DNA of 28,207 nucleotides from Abditibacteriaceae bacterium (lineage in GTDB: Bacteria > Armatimonadota > Abditibacteriia > Abditibacteriales > Abditibacteriaceae). Made by a program: the position numbers and the translations under genes. Position 1 is the first letter of the stretch; each line of letters opens with the position of its first letter. This document shows, piece by piece, positions 16,561-26,246 of this stretch. The notes beneath the pieces were generated by a model that saw nothing but the letters and a program-made list of their open reading frames with translations, was not told where the DNA came from and did no database searches. The stretch lies in assembly GCA_031372065.1 (NCBI GenBank), contig JANMKN010000276.1, positions 1 through 28,207 of the forward strand, given 5' to 3'.

Positions 16561-18504
16561 TCAAGGCGCCAAAGGAATTTGCAGGTTGTAAGAAAATTCG
16601 CGTTTGTTGTCTTCATCAGCGGCGCAATAAAGCGCGACGGGCACGCCGTTTTCAATCAGCAGTTGTGGGCGTTCGAGCGAGTTGAGTTTTTGCACGCGCC
16701 CATCCTGCCACGTCACTTCGATTTTGCTGACCAAAGGATGCGCTGCTAATTCCCAATGAAAGCCGTCCGCCGATTGAAAAAGCGCCAGCGATTTTCCGGC
16801 GTTGGTGAAATGGCCGGCGTTGTCTTTCACAATGGCAAAGTAATGCCCGCCTTGCGTCCAGATAAACGGGTCTTCAGCGGCGAATGCCACGCCTTCTTTT
16901 ACGAAGACGGGATCAGGATATTTTTCAAAAGGCCCAATGGGGCTATCGGATGTCGCCACACAATGCAAAACCGGCCCGCCAAACGGCAGCGGGTTCTTAT
17001 CGCCGACGGCTTTATATATCATTAAATAACCGCCTTCGGGACGCGCGGTGACACTCGGATTGGCGCAGCAAAGCGCATCGTAAAATCCGGGCGTTGGCGC
17101 AATAACGGGCTTATCGAAACGTGTCCACGGCCCTTCGGGTTTATCGGCCACCGCCACGCCGATGCGCTGATTGTTGCGATGCGTCCAGTTCAGCGTTTTC
17201 ATGTTGACGCCATCGCCGGTGTTGCCCATGTAATACAAATAATACTTGTTGCCAAAGCGATGAATAGTCGGATTATGAGTGCAAAGGCCGTCCCAGAATT
17301 CTTTGCCGCGCGTCGGCAAAGTCACATCGACGTGTTTATAGGGGCCAAAGGGAGAATCGCTAACAGCGTGCGCGATTTCTGAATGCGTCACCCATGCCGA
17401 AAAGCCGAGTTTCTTGAGCCAGCGCGAATAAAACAGGTGATATTTGCCGTCGTCACCCTTCACACCACTGCCGCACCAGATGTAATAATCGGGGTCGGAA
17501 AACTTTGCCGTCAGCGGCAGAGGCTCAATAGACTTTTGAAAATCAAAGTTTTGCATTGAGGATTTTCTGGCGGTTGAGGACTCTGTAATTGACCGCGATA
17601 GATTTTCAATTTTCACTTCAGCAATGGCGTTGCCATCCCAACTTTGGCGCGCGGCAGCACCAACAAAAAGCCGCCACTTGTCGCCGACTTGCACGAGATG
17701 CGGCGTAACGTGCCCAAAGCGGTCAGATTCAGCACCTGTAAGAGGCGATAGCAAACCGGCATCCTGCCACACAATGCCATCGGCGCTGCGGGCTATGCTG
17801 GTTCCGTTGTGGCCTTCATAAAGCAAAACGTAGCCGGTTTCTGTGCGCGCCACATCAACCGCGCCCGCGCCTTTTTGAAACACCGGGTTGCCCGCGAAGC
17901 GCGTCCAATGCTCGCCATCGGGCGAAGTTGCGTAACCAACGGCCCGCGCGCCTTCGAGTTTGGCGGCTGGCGCGTCTTCTTCGGTGGGTTTGCCGTCGAA
18001 CCACATTTTAAAAATTCCGTTTTCGTGAAGCACCGCAGGCCGCCCCACAAAACGAGAATCCCATTGCCCTTTTTTGCCCGGCGCCAACACCACGCCGCGC
18101 TTTTGCCAATGGCGCCCATCGTCGGAAACCGCTAAAGCAATAGCGTCTTCGATGCCTTCTTGAGCCACCGTGTAAAACATGAAATAAGCGCCGTTAGCCT
18201 TGACGATGGACGGATCGTTGACATGATTCGCTGTGCCGCAATCAAGCGCCACGCCTAATTTTGTCCAAGTGCGGCCTGCATTATCGGACTCGGCGTAATG
18301 AATGCGATCATGGCCGTCATTGCCTTGCGCGCCATACCACAGGCGCCATTTGTTGCCTGCGATTAGAATGCTGGGCGCATAGCAATTGCCGCCCCCATGC
18401 GGTGCCAATTCGGTTGGTTGTTCGCCGCGCACAAGGATATTAAGCTGCGCCTCTGCATCTTGCACGATCAGGAAAAACAGCAAGACAGCAAGAATCTGTT
18501 TCAT
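16561..18504 (-). CDS. Secreted two-domain five-bladed beta-propeller glycosidase (GH43/GH32/GH130-like fold)
   Basis: ATG 18504 with GGAG SD and a signal peptide. Domain 1 blades YAPSI, NDPSI, GRPAV. Domain 2 IWCGS..YHLFYSRW, HNPTI, ANPSV, AEDPFIW, LERPQL. Confidence 0.8.
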   Translation of the reverse strand: MKQILAVLLFFLIVQDAEAQLNILVRGEQPTELAPHGGGNCYAPSILIAGNKWRLWYGAQGNDGHDRIHYAESDNAGRTWTKLGVALDCGTANHVNDPSIVKANGAYFMFYTVAQEGIEDAIALAVSDDGRHWQKRGVVLAPGKKGQWDSRFVGRPAVLHENGIFKMWFDGKPTEEDAPAAKLEGARAVGYATSPDGEHWTRFAGNPVFQKGAGAVDVARTETGYVLLYEGHNGTSIARSADGIVWQDAGLLSPLTGAESDRFGHVTPHLVQVGDKWRLFVGAAARQSWDGNAIAEVKIENLSRSITESSTARKSSMQNFDFQKSIEPLPLTAKFSDPDYYIWCGSGVKGDDGKYHLFYSRWLKKLGFSAWVTHSEIAHAVSDSPFGPYKHVDVTLPTRGKEFWDGLCTHNPTIHRFGNKYYLYYMGNTGDGVNMKTLNWTHRNNQRIGVAVADKPEGPWTRFDKPVIAPTPGFYDALCCANPSVTARPEGGYLMIYKAVGDKNPLPFGGPVLHCVATSDSPIGPFEKYPDPVFVKEGVAFAAEDPFIWTQGGHYFAIVKDNAGHFTNAGKSLALFQSADGFHWELAAHPLVSKIEVTWQDGRVQKLNSLERPQLLIENGVPVALYCAADEDNKREFSYNLQIPLAP

Positions 18505-18506
18505 AT

Positions 18507-20672
18507 TTACTGCTCCACAGTTTTCGGGTCGGCGACTAAAATGCCGCGCCCGTTGGTGCCCAAATAAACGCGGCCATAAACGCGCGGATCGCCGCTCACG
18601 ACTTTGCCGATGTAACCGAATTGATGCGCGTCGTCGTTGATGCGCAGCCAATTTTTCCCGCCATCATTCGAGCGAAAAACACCGTTCACATCACCGATTC
18701 TTCCGCTTAGATAAAGCGCCGGATAAGTTTGGTTTGGCGCGGCTTTGCCAAAACCAAGAGTGTCGGCAGTGTGCACACTGGGCAATTTGCTAAAGGTCGC
18801 GCCGCCATCGGTTGAGTGGTGCAAACCGTTGCTGCCGCTGCACAGCCAAATATCTCCGGCGCGGCCTGCAACCGCGCGCAATTTGCCGCCCGGCAGTTTT
18901 GTCGCGCGCGGCGAAAAGGTAGCGCCGCTATCGTCGCTAAACAGCAAAGTGCCCTCGCCCAGTGCATAAAACCACTGAGGATTTTCACGGTCAGCAACTA
19001 CAACGGCGTTATTTTGCAACGTGCCCTGTGGCCCTTGACAGGCTTGCCATGTGCCGCCAAACGTGCGCGTTAAATACGGGCCTAATTCACTTGGTGTCCA
19101 AATGACACTTTGTCCATCGGCGCTTATAGCAAGCGGGCCGGAGCCTTTGGCGCCTTCGGGTTCACTGATAAAAGGCTGCCACGTTTTGCCGCTGTCCAGC
19201 GAATACGCGATGCGGCGCACGTCTTTGCCACCAGAACCGGAACGCACGATAATGCACGCTGCTTTCTCGCCAAAATCAAGGCTGTCTGTGTTGCTATAGG
19301 TCGGATTTTTCCACACGCCGCCAGCAGGCGAAACCGTCAAATCGTCATGCACAAAACCGCCGAGGTCGCGCATGGCGCTGATGAGAGGCGCGCCTTCGGG
19401 TGGCGAGATTAAATCCAGCACCGAGGTTTCTTCAAGGCCCTGCGCGCGCGGCGTCCACGATGTTGTTGCTGCCTCGTCCATGCGGCGCAAATCATCGGTG
19501 CCCCAAATGGTGGCGCCGGTTACATAAAGCGCGTGGTCAGAATTAAACGGGTCAATTTCCAAGTCACCAATCCAATGGCCCAAATCGGCTTCCGCGCGTG
19601 TCCATTTTAAAAACGGCGAGGCCGAAGCATCGCGCTGGGAAAACTTTTTCAGCGACTGCCATGTTTTGCCGCCATTGCGTGAGCGAAAAATATCATCGCC
19701 CGCGCCCCAGCGATCCATCGTCGCCACCATAATCGTGCCGCGTTGCGCGGCATCTACAGCAAGGCCGGCATAGCCGAAGCCATTTTTTTCTGTCGGTTTC
19801 ACCGGCGTGATTTCGCGCCATTGGCCGCGCTTGTATTTCCACACCGCGCCGTTTTTCATACCGTTCGGGCCGGGGCCGTCGCCGTAAGTGAGATAAAGGG
19901 TGCCATCGCTATCGAAAACGCCGTGATGCGGCAAAAACCCGCGCGGCTGGCCCTTGACGGCGTCCCATGTTTGGCCGCCGTCGCGCGAACGATAAAGATT
20001 GGTTGTGCGGTCAGCAACGCCCGCATAAATTGCATTATCCAGCCCGAAAATAACAAAGCTAATGCCGATGTCTTTGGCGGTGGAATCGTCGGCATTTTTC
20101 GGAAAACTCGCCACCTTACTCCATGTGGCGCCGTGGTCTTCACTTTTCCATAGGCCGCTGGTGCGCGTCCCGAAAAACACGCGATTGGGTTGCGCCGGAT
20201 CAACGACAAGACGTTCGCCCATAGAACGCCCATCCTGATTACCGCCGTTTTTGAAGGGCAAATCGGTGCGCTGCCATGTTTTGCCCTGATCGGTGGAGCG
20301 CAGCACCGCGCCGTAACCGGCCCAATCGTTGGTATAAGTGCCCGCCGCGATGTAAACGCGATTGATGTCCGTCGGATCAAGCGCCAAACTTTCAATGCCG
20401 TATAAATTCCAATCGGCGCCGCCAAAAGCGTCGTTGAGCGGCATCCAACGCTTGCTTTGCGCGTTCCACCGATAAGCGCCGCCAATATCAGTGCGCGCAT
20501 AAAGCAAATCTTTTTGCGTGGCATGAAAAATCAGGCCGGTCACAAAACCGCCGCCGCCAATTTCCACATTGCGCCATGAGTAAGACGTCGAAGGCACATT
20601 TTGCGCCTGCGCGACAGGCCCCGACAAAAGGCAGCACAAAGCCAGAATTTTTAACACATTTCGTTTTGTCAT
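18507..20672 (-). CDS. GH74 xyloglucanase / endoglucanase, secreted
   Basis: WRNVEIGGGGFVTG, catalytic motifs YARTDIGGAYRW and SAMRDLGGF, GLEETSV, multiple Asp-boxes (SxDxGxTW), and terminal GRVYLGTNGRGI. Confidence 0.93.
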   Translation of the reverse strand: MTKRNVLKILALCCLLSGPVAQAQNVPSTSYSWRNVEIGGGGFVTGLIFHATQKDLLYARTDIGGAYRWNAQSKRWMPLNDAFGGADWNLYGIESLALDPTDINRVYIAAGTYTNDWAGYGAVLRSTDQGKTWQRTDLPFKNGGNQDGRSMGERLVVDPAQPNRVFFGTRTSGLWKSEDHGATWSKVASFPKNADDSTAKDIGISFVIFGLDNAIYAGVADRTTNLYRSRDGGQTWDAVKGQPRGFLPHHGVFDSDGTLYLTYGDGPGPNGMKNGAVWKYKRGQWREITPVKPTEKNGFGYAGLAVDAAQRGTIMVATMDRWGAGDDIFRSRNGGKTWQSLKKFSQRDASASPFLKWTRAEADLGHWIGDLEIDPFNSDHALYVTGATIWGTDDLRRMDEAATTSWTPRAQGLEETSVLDLISPPEGAPLISAMRDLGGFVHDDLTVSPAGGVWKNPTYSNTDSLDFGEKAACIIVRSGSGGKDVRRIAYSLDSGKTWQPFISEPEGAKGSGPLAISADGQSVIWTPSELGPYLTRTFGGTWQACQGPQGTLQNNAVVVADRENPQWFYALGEGTLLFSDDSGATFSPRATKLPGGKLRAVAGRAGDIWLCSGSNGLHHSTDGGATFSKLPSVHTADTLGFGKAAPNQTYPALYLSGRIGDVNGVFRSNDGGKNWLRINDDAHQFGYIGKVVSGDPRVYGRVYLGTNGRGILVADPKTVEQ

Positions 20673-21003
20673 AAGAGAATGGCGCTCATTTTACAGCATC
20701 ACTCAACCTCATTCCATGACATTCCATAACACATGGTCATCAGCCTTTAAAACATCCTGAATTTCATCATCATCTCGCGCGCATGGGCCAGTTTTCGCAT
20801 TTTATAAATACCTCTTTTGCTTATTACTTCGTTTGAAAAACTCGATACATTCAGCTCTTGTTGCCACTGTCCGTTTTGCTGATAATTCCTGTCAATTCGC
20901 CGCTTATTGCTGTTTTGCGTTTTGTTGGTGTGTTCGATTTTCTTTGCCGGTTCGTTGCTGTTTTTTGTAACCCGCCGGTTTTTAGTTTTGGCGTTTTGGC
21001 GTT

Positions 21004-24000
21004 TTGTGTGGCTGTGTTTTGGAGGTTCGGTTTTATGTTTTACCCCCCCCGATTTTTCCTGTCAATTTAAGTCGTTTCGCGCTACCGCGTTTGGCGCATC
21101 TGTTGATTTTTTGTTTGTTTCTTGCTGGCGTTGCCCACGCTGATTTGCCTGCCGCGCCGCAAACGCCGCTGTTTGTCGGTGTGACTTCCCAAAGCGTGCA
21201 AGTGCAAATTGCGACTGTCCCGCAGGATGCCTATCAAGTCGTATTGCAATACAAAGCGTCCGGCGGCTCGTGGATTAATGCCGGAACTTACGATTCTTAC
21301 GCCAGCTATTATGGCTCACAATATCCCGCTGAAATTAATGGATTAACGCCCGAAACGATTTATCTTGTGCGCTGGGTCGCCGATGGCTACGACGGCAGCA
21401 CGGCGGGCAGCGCCAACGCCGTAACCACTTCGCCCGCGCCGCCGGATGCGCCGGATGTGCCCGCTGTGGGCCAAATTACTTCCACCTCGGCCCACGTTGT
21501 GCTGCCCGCTTTGCCCACAGGCGCCAGCAGTTTGCGTTTGGAAAAAGCGACTGGCGATGGCTATTACGGTTATTACGGCGAAGGGCCGGTTTTTGAAACC
21601 GTTGCCAGCGATTTGGCCGGTGGCGCCAGTGTGAATTTGAGCGATTTATCGCCGCAAGCCTATTACAGCGTGCGCGTTGTGGCCGTTGGAGATGGTGGCG
21701 AAACAGCGGGCTACAGCGCTTCGTTTTCGACTTTGCCACCCGCGCCGGATGCACCAGCGGCGCCGACGTTTGAAGAAGTCAGTGCCAGCAGTTTGCAAGT
21801 GCCGCTGCCCGCGTTTCCCACTTATGCCAACCAATTGAAGTTGCAGCGACGCCTTGCTGGTGCTGGCACATGGAGCGATGTCGGTCAGTTTGATAACTGG
21901 TATGGCAGCGGCGGCGAACGCGCTTATGTTTACGATTTGCTGCCAGAAACTGCTTACGATTTTCACTGGTTGGCCGTTGGCGAGGGCGGACAAACAGCGG
22001 GCGCGACGGCGACAGTAACGACAACGCCCGCGCCACCCGAAACGCCGGAAGCGCCAACTTTCAGCAGCATTACAGCGACCTCGGCGCGCGTGATTCTGCC
22101 TGCCTTGCCGCAAGGCGCTACAACTTTGCGTTTGGAAAAGCGCACCAACGATGACCCATATAACCCGACCTATGTCACCATTGCCGAGGCTTTAGGCGGC
22201 GGCGACAGCGTGACGGTGAGCAGCCTCACGCCCGATAGCTACATTGCGTTTCGCGCCGTGGCGCTGGGCGTTGGCGGCGAAACAGCGGGCGCCGAGGGCA
22301 CTTGCAACACGCCCAGCCTGCCGCCGGGAGTGCCGCCCGCGCCGCAGTTCAGCAACGTGGGTGCCACGCAACTGAACGTCACGGTGCCGACGGCCCCCAG
22401 CAACACCAATTCATTGCGCTTGCAAGTGAAACTGGCAGCGGCGGGCAATGAAACTTACTCCGATGTAACGCAGGTGAATGTCGGCGAAGGCTACGCGCCG
22501 CCGAGCGTGACTGCCTCGAACCTGCAACCTGCAACGGCTTATGCCTTCCGTTGGATAGCAATCGGCAATGGCGGCGATACAGCGGGAGCAAGCAGCGAAG
22601 TCACCACTTTGCCCGCTGGTGATGGTGGCGAACCCAGCGCCACACCGACGCCTGTCGTGCAGCCAACCCCGACGCCCACGGTAGCACCAACGCCGACGCC
22701 TGTGCCGTTGCCCCGCCCGGTAGATGTCACCCTTCGCGCCGGTGATGAAAACGCCGCAGACAACTTTACCGGCGAGGATATTTACAGCAACGACGGCGAC
22801 AACCAAAAAATCAATCAAAGCGCGGTGCCTGATAGCACCACCACTTACACCGTGCAGGTGCAAAACCAGACTTCTATGCCCGCTTCGTTCACCGTAACCG
22901 CGCCCGGCGATGAACTGGGTTGGAGTGTGCGCTACTACGCCATCGCCGAAGCGCCCAGCGACCCCGAAGCCGAGCCAACGCCGCCCGAAGATGTAACAGA
23001 CGGCGTAACTGGCGAAGGCTGGGCAACGCCGGTTTTGGAACCGCAAGCGCGCTGCACTCTGCGGGTGACGGTGGAAGCGACTACTTTGCTGAATGACGGC
23101 GCCACCAAAAACGTGCCGCTTCAAGCGTCGCCAATGGACGGCACGCCCGATGATGTGGATGTGGTGCAGGTCATCACAGTCTTGGATATCATTGACGCGC
23201 CGCTAAACCTGACTGCCGCAGCGGGCGAAGAGCAAGTGCTGTTGAATTGGAATGCCGTGACCGCAGCGAGTGGTTACAACCTCTATCGCTCCACGACCAA
23301 TAGCGGCCCGTATGACCAAATTGCGACCAATCTGACCGTCACAAATTACACCGACACGCAAGTGACAGGCGGCACAAGGTATTTCTACGTTGTGCGCTCT
23401 TTTAATGGCACCTACGAAAGCGCCAACAGCAATCAAGTCAGCGCCCTACCAACATTCCCACCCCCGCCACTGCCTCCGGTAGACCTTTGGGTAGCAGGCG
23501 AAAGCGAAGATTTGCACGCTATGCCAGAGTTCATCGGCAACGATGCTTATAACCTTGATGGTGCGGGGCAAAGTCATAGTGATTACACAATCGGAATCAC
23601 CACTCACACCTCTTTTGTGCGCGTGCAAAACGACAGTTCCTTAACCGCTTCGTTTGCCGTGCAAGGCGACGGCGATAGCGCCGGATGGAGCGTGAAGTAT
23701 TTTTATTTGAGTAGTTCTTTGGGGATTAATCCTGAATTTGATGCGTTAATTGACCCTGAAGTCAACGCTCAGGATATAACCGAGGATATTACAGGCGAAG
23801 GGTGGACAACACCTGAATTAGCTTCAAATGCGACCTGTGTTCTGCGTGTCGAAGTGACGCCCACTACCTCAGCAATTGATGGCAACTTCAAGTCAGTTTT
23901 GGTGCGCGCTGCACCTGCCTCAGACTCTTCATTAGCCGACGTGGTGAAACTGGATACGACCTATCGCGAATACATTGCTGGCCTGCAATATTCGTTTGAC

Positions 24001-24309
24001 CAGACACAGACTTGGCACGATATAGATGCCAACGGCAACAATGCAGCGACAGGATTACCGCTGGAAGTCGAAGCGGGCGTCAACTTTAGTTTGCGCGCCA
24101 TTAAAAAGCATCCCCAACTGGCATGGCCGTTTAAGCCGCTTTTAGCTGTTATCAATCCCGAATGGGATCGGGCTGGTGTGCCTCTTTGTGGTGAATCAAT
24201 CTCTGTGAGTTTTGAGGAAGCCTCGGCGACGCCTTATGTGGTAACGGCTGAATGTGGCAATACGGCTTCGGTCAAGGTCAAAGTGAATACGGGGCCGCGA
24301 GGAGAATAA
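21004..24309 (+). CDS. Large secreted fibronectin type III repeat protein (5 FN3, PT linker, Ig-like, FN3, Ig-like, C-terminal domain); start uncertain, possibly frameshifted at a C8 tract
   Basis: Five repeats of about 95-100 aa with LxPxTxYxxRxxAxGxGGxTAG; PTPTP linker; canonical FN3 APLNLTA..VLLNW..YNLYRS..YFYVVRS; duplicated domain PVD...F.G.D.Y..DG..Q...V.VQN...GWSV.Y...D.T...TGEGW.TP.L. Signal-peptide h-region ending AHA. Confidence 0.85.
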   Translation: MCGCVLEVRFYVLPPPIFPVNLSRFALPRLAHLLIFCLFLAGVAHADLPAAPQTPLFVGVTSQSVQVQIATVPQDAYQVVLQYKASGGSWINAGTYDSYASYYGSQYPAEINGLTPETIYLVRWVADGYDGSTAGSANAVTTSPAPPDAPDVPAVGQITSTSAHVVLPALPTGASSLRLEKATGDGYYGYYGEGPVFETVASDLAGGASVNLSDLSPQAYYSVRVVAVGDGGETAGYSASFSTLPPAPDAPAAPTFEEVSASSLQVPLPAFPTYANQLKLQRRLAGAGTWSDVGQFDNWYGSGGERAYVYDLLPETAYDFHWLAVGEGGQTAGATATVTTTPAPPETPEAPTFSSITATSARVILPALPQGATTLRLEKRTNDDPYNPTYVTIAEALGGGDSVTVSSLTPDSYIAFRAVALGVGGETAGAEGTCNTPSLPPGVPPAPQFSNVGATQLNVTVPTAPSNTNSLRLQVKLAAAGNETYSDVTQVNVGEGYAPPSVTASNLQPATAYAFRWIAIGNGGDTAGASSEVTTLPAGDGGEPSATPTPVVQPTPTPTVAPTPTPVPLPRPVDVTLRAGDENAADNFTGEDIYSNDGDNQKINQSAVPDSTTTYTVQVQNQTSMPASFTVTAPGDELGWSVRYYAIAEAPSDPEAEPTPPEDVTDGVTGEGWATPVLEPQARCTLRVTVEATTLLNDGATKNVPLQASPMDGTPDDVDVVQVITVLDIIDAPLNLTAAAGEEQVLLNWNAVTAASGYNLYRSTTNSGPYDQIATNLTVTNYTDTQVTGGTRYFYVVRSFNGTYESANSNQVSALPTFPPPPLPPVDLWVAGESEDLHAMPEFIGNDAYNLDGAGQSHSDYTIGITTHTSFVRVQNDSSLTASFAVQGDGDSAGWSVKYFYLSSSLGINPEFDALIDPEVNAQDITEDITGEGWTTPELASNATCVLRVEVTPTTSAIDGNFKSVLVRAAPASDSSLADVVKLDTTYREYIAGLQYSFDQTQTWHDIDANGNNAATGLPLEVEAGVNFSLRAIKKHPQLAWPFKPLLAVINPEWDRAGVPLCGESISVSFEEASATPYVVTAECGNTASVKVKVNTGPRGE
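21043..21050 (+). repeat. C8 homopolymer between an SD-supported ATG and the FN3 reading frame
   Basis: GGAGG (21021-21025), 9 nt, ATG (21035), TTT TA, CCCCCCCC, GATTTTT. Confidence 0.9.
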
Positions 24310-24341
24310 CTGATGCCGTGAGGCACTCAAGGTGAACCATC

Positions 24342-26234
24342 ATGAAAACTTCAATCTTCAAAAATTCAATTTTGCCGTCTCTGCTGTTAGCATTGCCCCT
24401 GTTAGCCAGCCAAGCACCGGTGGCTGCTCAAATTCCACCCACCAACGGCCATTGGGAAGTAAATCATTATGAACGTGTCGGCGTAGATCATGGCCCGTCC
24501 TCTTGGCATTATTGGCAGTGGGACACGCCCGATTACACTTGGAGAGACGATGACTGCTTGCCATATGGCATTTACGGAGCCAGAACAGACTGGTCACCTG
24601 ATAAATGGGCTTATTGGTTTTATGGAGCCCCGTTTGTGCGTGCGCATACACAATCCTATCAAAAAGGCAGTGTTACGCCGTGGATTACATGGGTGCCCGA
24701 CAAAGACGCCAATGGAAACCCCGTTCCCGACAGCCAACCTTCTAAGATATTTTGGTATCGTGAAAGCTCTTCTGCTACTGCTCAGGGATCACTGGCGTCT
24801 CAATTAAGTGCCAGCAATGGATTAGGAAGCCCAAATTGGACTTTTACTGATCCTTTTCCTGACCTTCCGGTCTTTTCTCAATCATATGGGACTCCTAGAA
24901 TGCATGCTCTTGGTGCTTCTGGTTATAAAGTCACCAAGCAGGTTAATTATGATCCAAATCGGAGAAATGCCATTCGCTTGAGCACGCGTGAATTATCTGT
25001 TGAATCAATGGTGCCAGCCAGTGACACTGATCCCCAAATTGCACTAACGACAACTGCGCTGTGGTATCAAGCCAAGCAGGTGAATTACAACCTTTGGTCA
25101 GATATCGAGGAATCAAAGTATGCTTTTTTTGACCCAGAAACCAGTTGGGAGCCTTGGTCACATGATGTAGCGGCTCCAGGCCACGTTGACCAATGGCCTT
25201 GGGTAAATGAACCTGATCGCAAAAAACTGGACACTATCGCAGAAAGGGTGAAACCCAGAGCTAAAATAGACGGAGTTACGAATCCATATCCTCATCCCGT
25301 TTTCCCCGATGGATATTATGCTACCGGCCTTTTTCGTGTGGACCAAGATGCCATTGATAACCCACATTATGTATGGAGCGTGCCCGGTGATTTAAGAGGC
25401 ACTGTGGTGGAGCGTCTTGCGGCCAGCAACACAACAGGTCAAAACTCACAATTGGATATTGCCCCAAACGCAGAAGACCGTAAGTGGCAGGGGGGACAGG
25501 CTGGTGCCTTTGAATATGAAGGAATGCCAAGCACAGCTTTGTTTTTGGGTGCGACTCTTACCGGTCCTGTAACCAAAACGATCATGGTTGACGTTTCCGA
25601 TTCAAGTCCTGATGCTGTTCCAAATCAAATCACTGGTAAGTTCCAAGTGACATGGCATTTGCAGAGAGAAAATTTTGTAAAATATCGTTCAGATACCCCG
25701 ACTGATTTTTATCGGTTCATTCCAACTCTGCCGGTTGAAAAGTGTTTCGAGAATACTGTTTGTGAAGGTGTAGTTTTTCAGTGGGACACTTTGCTATATC
25801 GAGTTTCTTCAACAATTGCTGAGTGGACTTCTCCAATAGCAGATATTTTTTCCTCAATTGGCGCGGAACTTGGCTTCATAAACTTATTTACGGGCCAAAT
25901 GGAAAAGGCGACGACCCCACCTTCATACGGTGTTGCATTTAATGACGTGTGGGGGCTTGATGATTCGAGGATTCTCGAACCGCCCGGAATGGATTTTGGC
26001 TCCGTTCCTTTGACCCAGCGAGGATATTATAGTATGACTCCGACGTTTATGGTGGAATACTTCGACCGATTTTTAGAAGCGGAAATGTATGGCAAGCATG
26101 GTTATGAGGGCCGAGAGCGGCGGGAACACCGCATTTGGACTGGTAATAAACACGCGGCTGGGGATTTTAAGTGGGATACGTCGGATCCGGGCGTCTTACC
26201 TCCGCCCACACCTACTCCTGCCCCATCTCCTTGA
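24342..26234 (+). CDS. Secreted hypothetical protein, 630 aa, W/Y/P-rich, with a PT tail
   Basis: AAGGTG SD, signal peptide ending VAA|Q, long ORF in a lower-GC segment. No family recognised. Confidence 0.8.
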   Translation: MKTSIFKNSILPSLLLALPLLASQAPVAAQIPPTNGHWEVNHYERVGVDHGPSSWHYWQWDTPDYTWRDDDCLPYGIYGARTDWSPDKWAYWFYGAPFVRAHTQSYQKGSVTPWITWVPDKDANGNPVPDSQPSKIFWYRESSSATAQGSLASQLSASNGLGSPNWTFTDPFPDLPVFSQSYGTPRMHALGASGYKVTKQVNYDPNRRNAIRLSTRELSVESMVPASDTDPQIALTTTALWYQAKQVNYNLWSDIEESKYAFFDPETSWEPWSHDVAAPGHVDQWPWVNEPDRKKLDTIAERVKPRAKIDGVTNPYPHPVFPDGYYATGLFRVDQDAIDNPHYVWSVPGDLRGTVVERLAASNTTGQNSQLDIAPNAEDRKWQGGQAGAFEYEGMPSTALFLGATLTGPVTKTIMVDVSDSSPDAVPNQITGKFQVTWHLQRENFVKYRSDTPTDFYRFIPTLPVEKCFENTVCEGVVFQWDTLLYRVSSTIAEWTSPIADIFSSIGAELGFINLFTGQMEKATTPPSYGVAFNDVWGLDDSRILEPPGMDFGSVPLTQRGYYSMTPTFMVEYFDRFLEAEMYGKHGYEGRERREHRIWTGNKHAAGDFKWDTSDPGVLPPPTPTPAPSP

Positions 26235-26246
26235 TATTGGATTCTT

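Noticed and set aside
18505..18651. N-terminal extension of the 696-aa ORF
   Set aside because: It overlaps the GH74 gene; ATG 18504 has an SD and gives a signal peptide.
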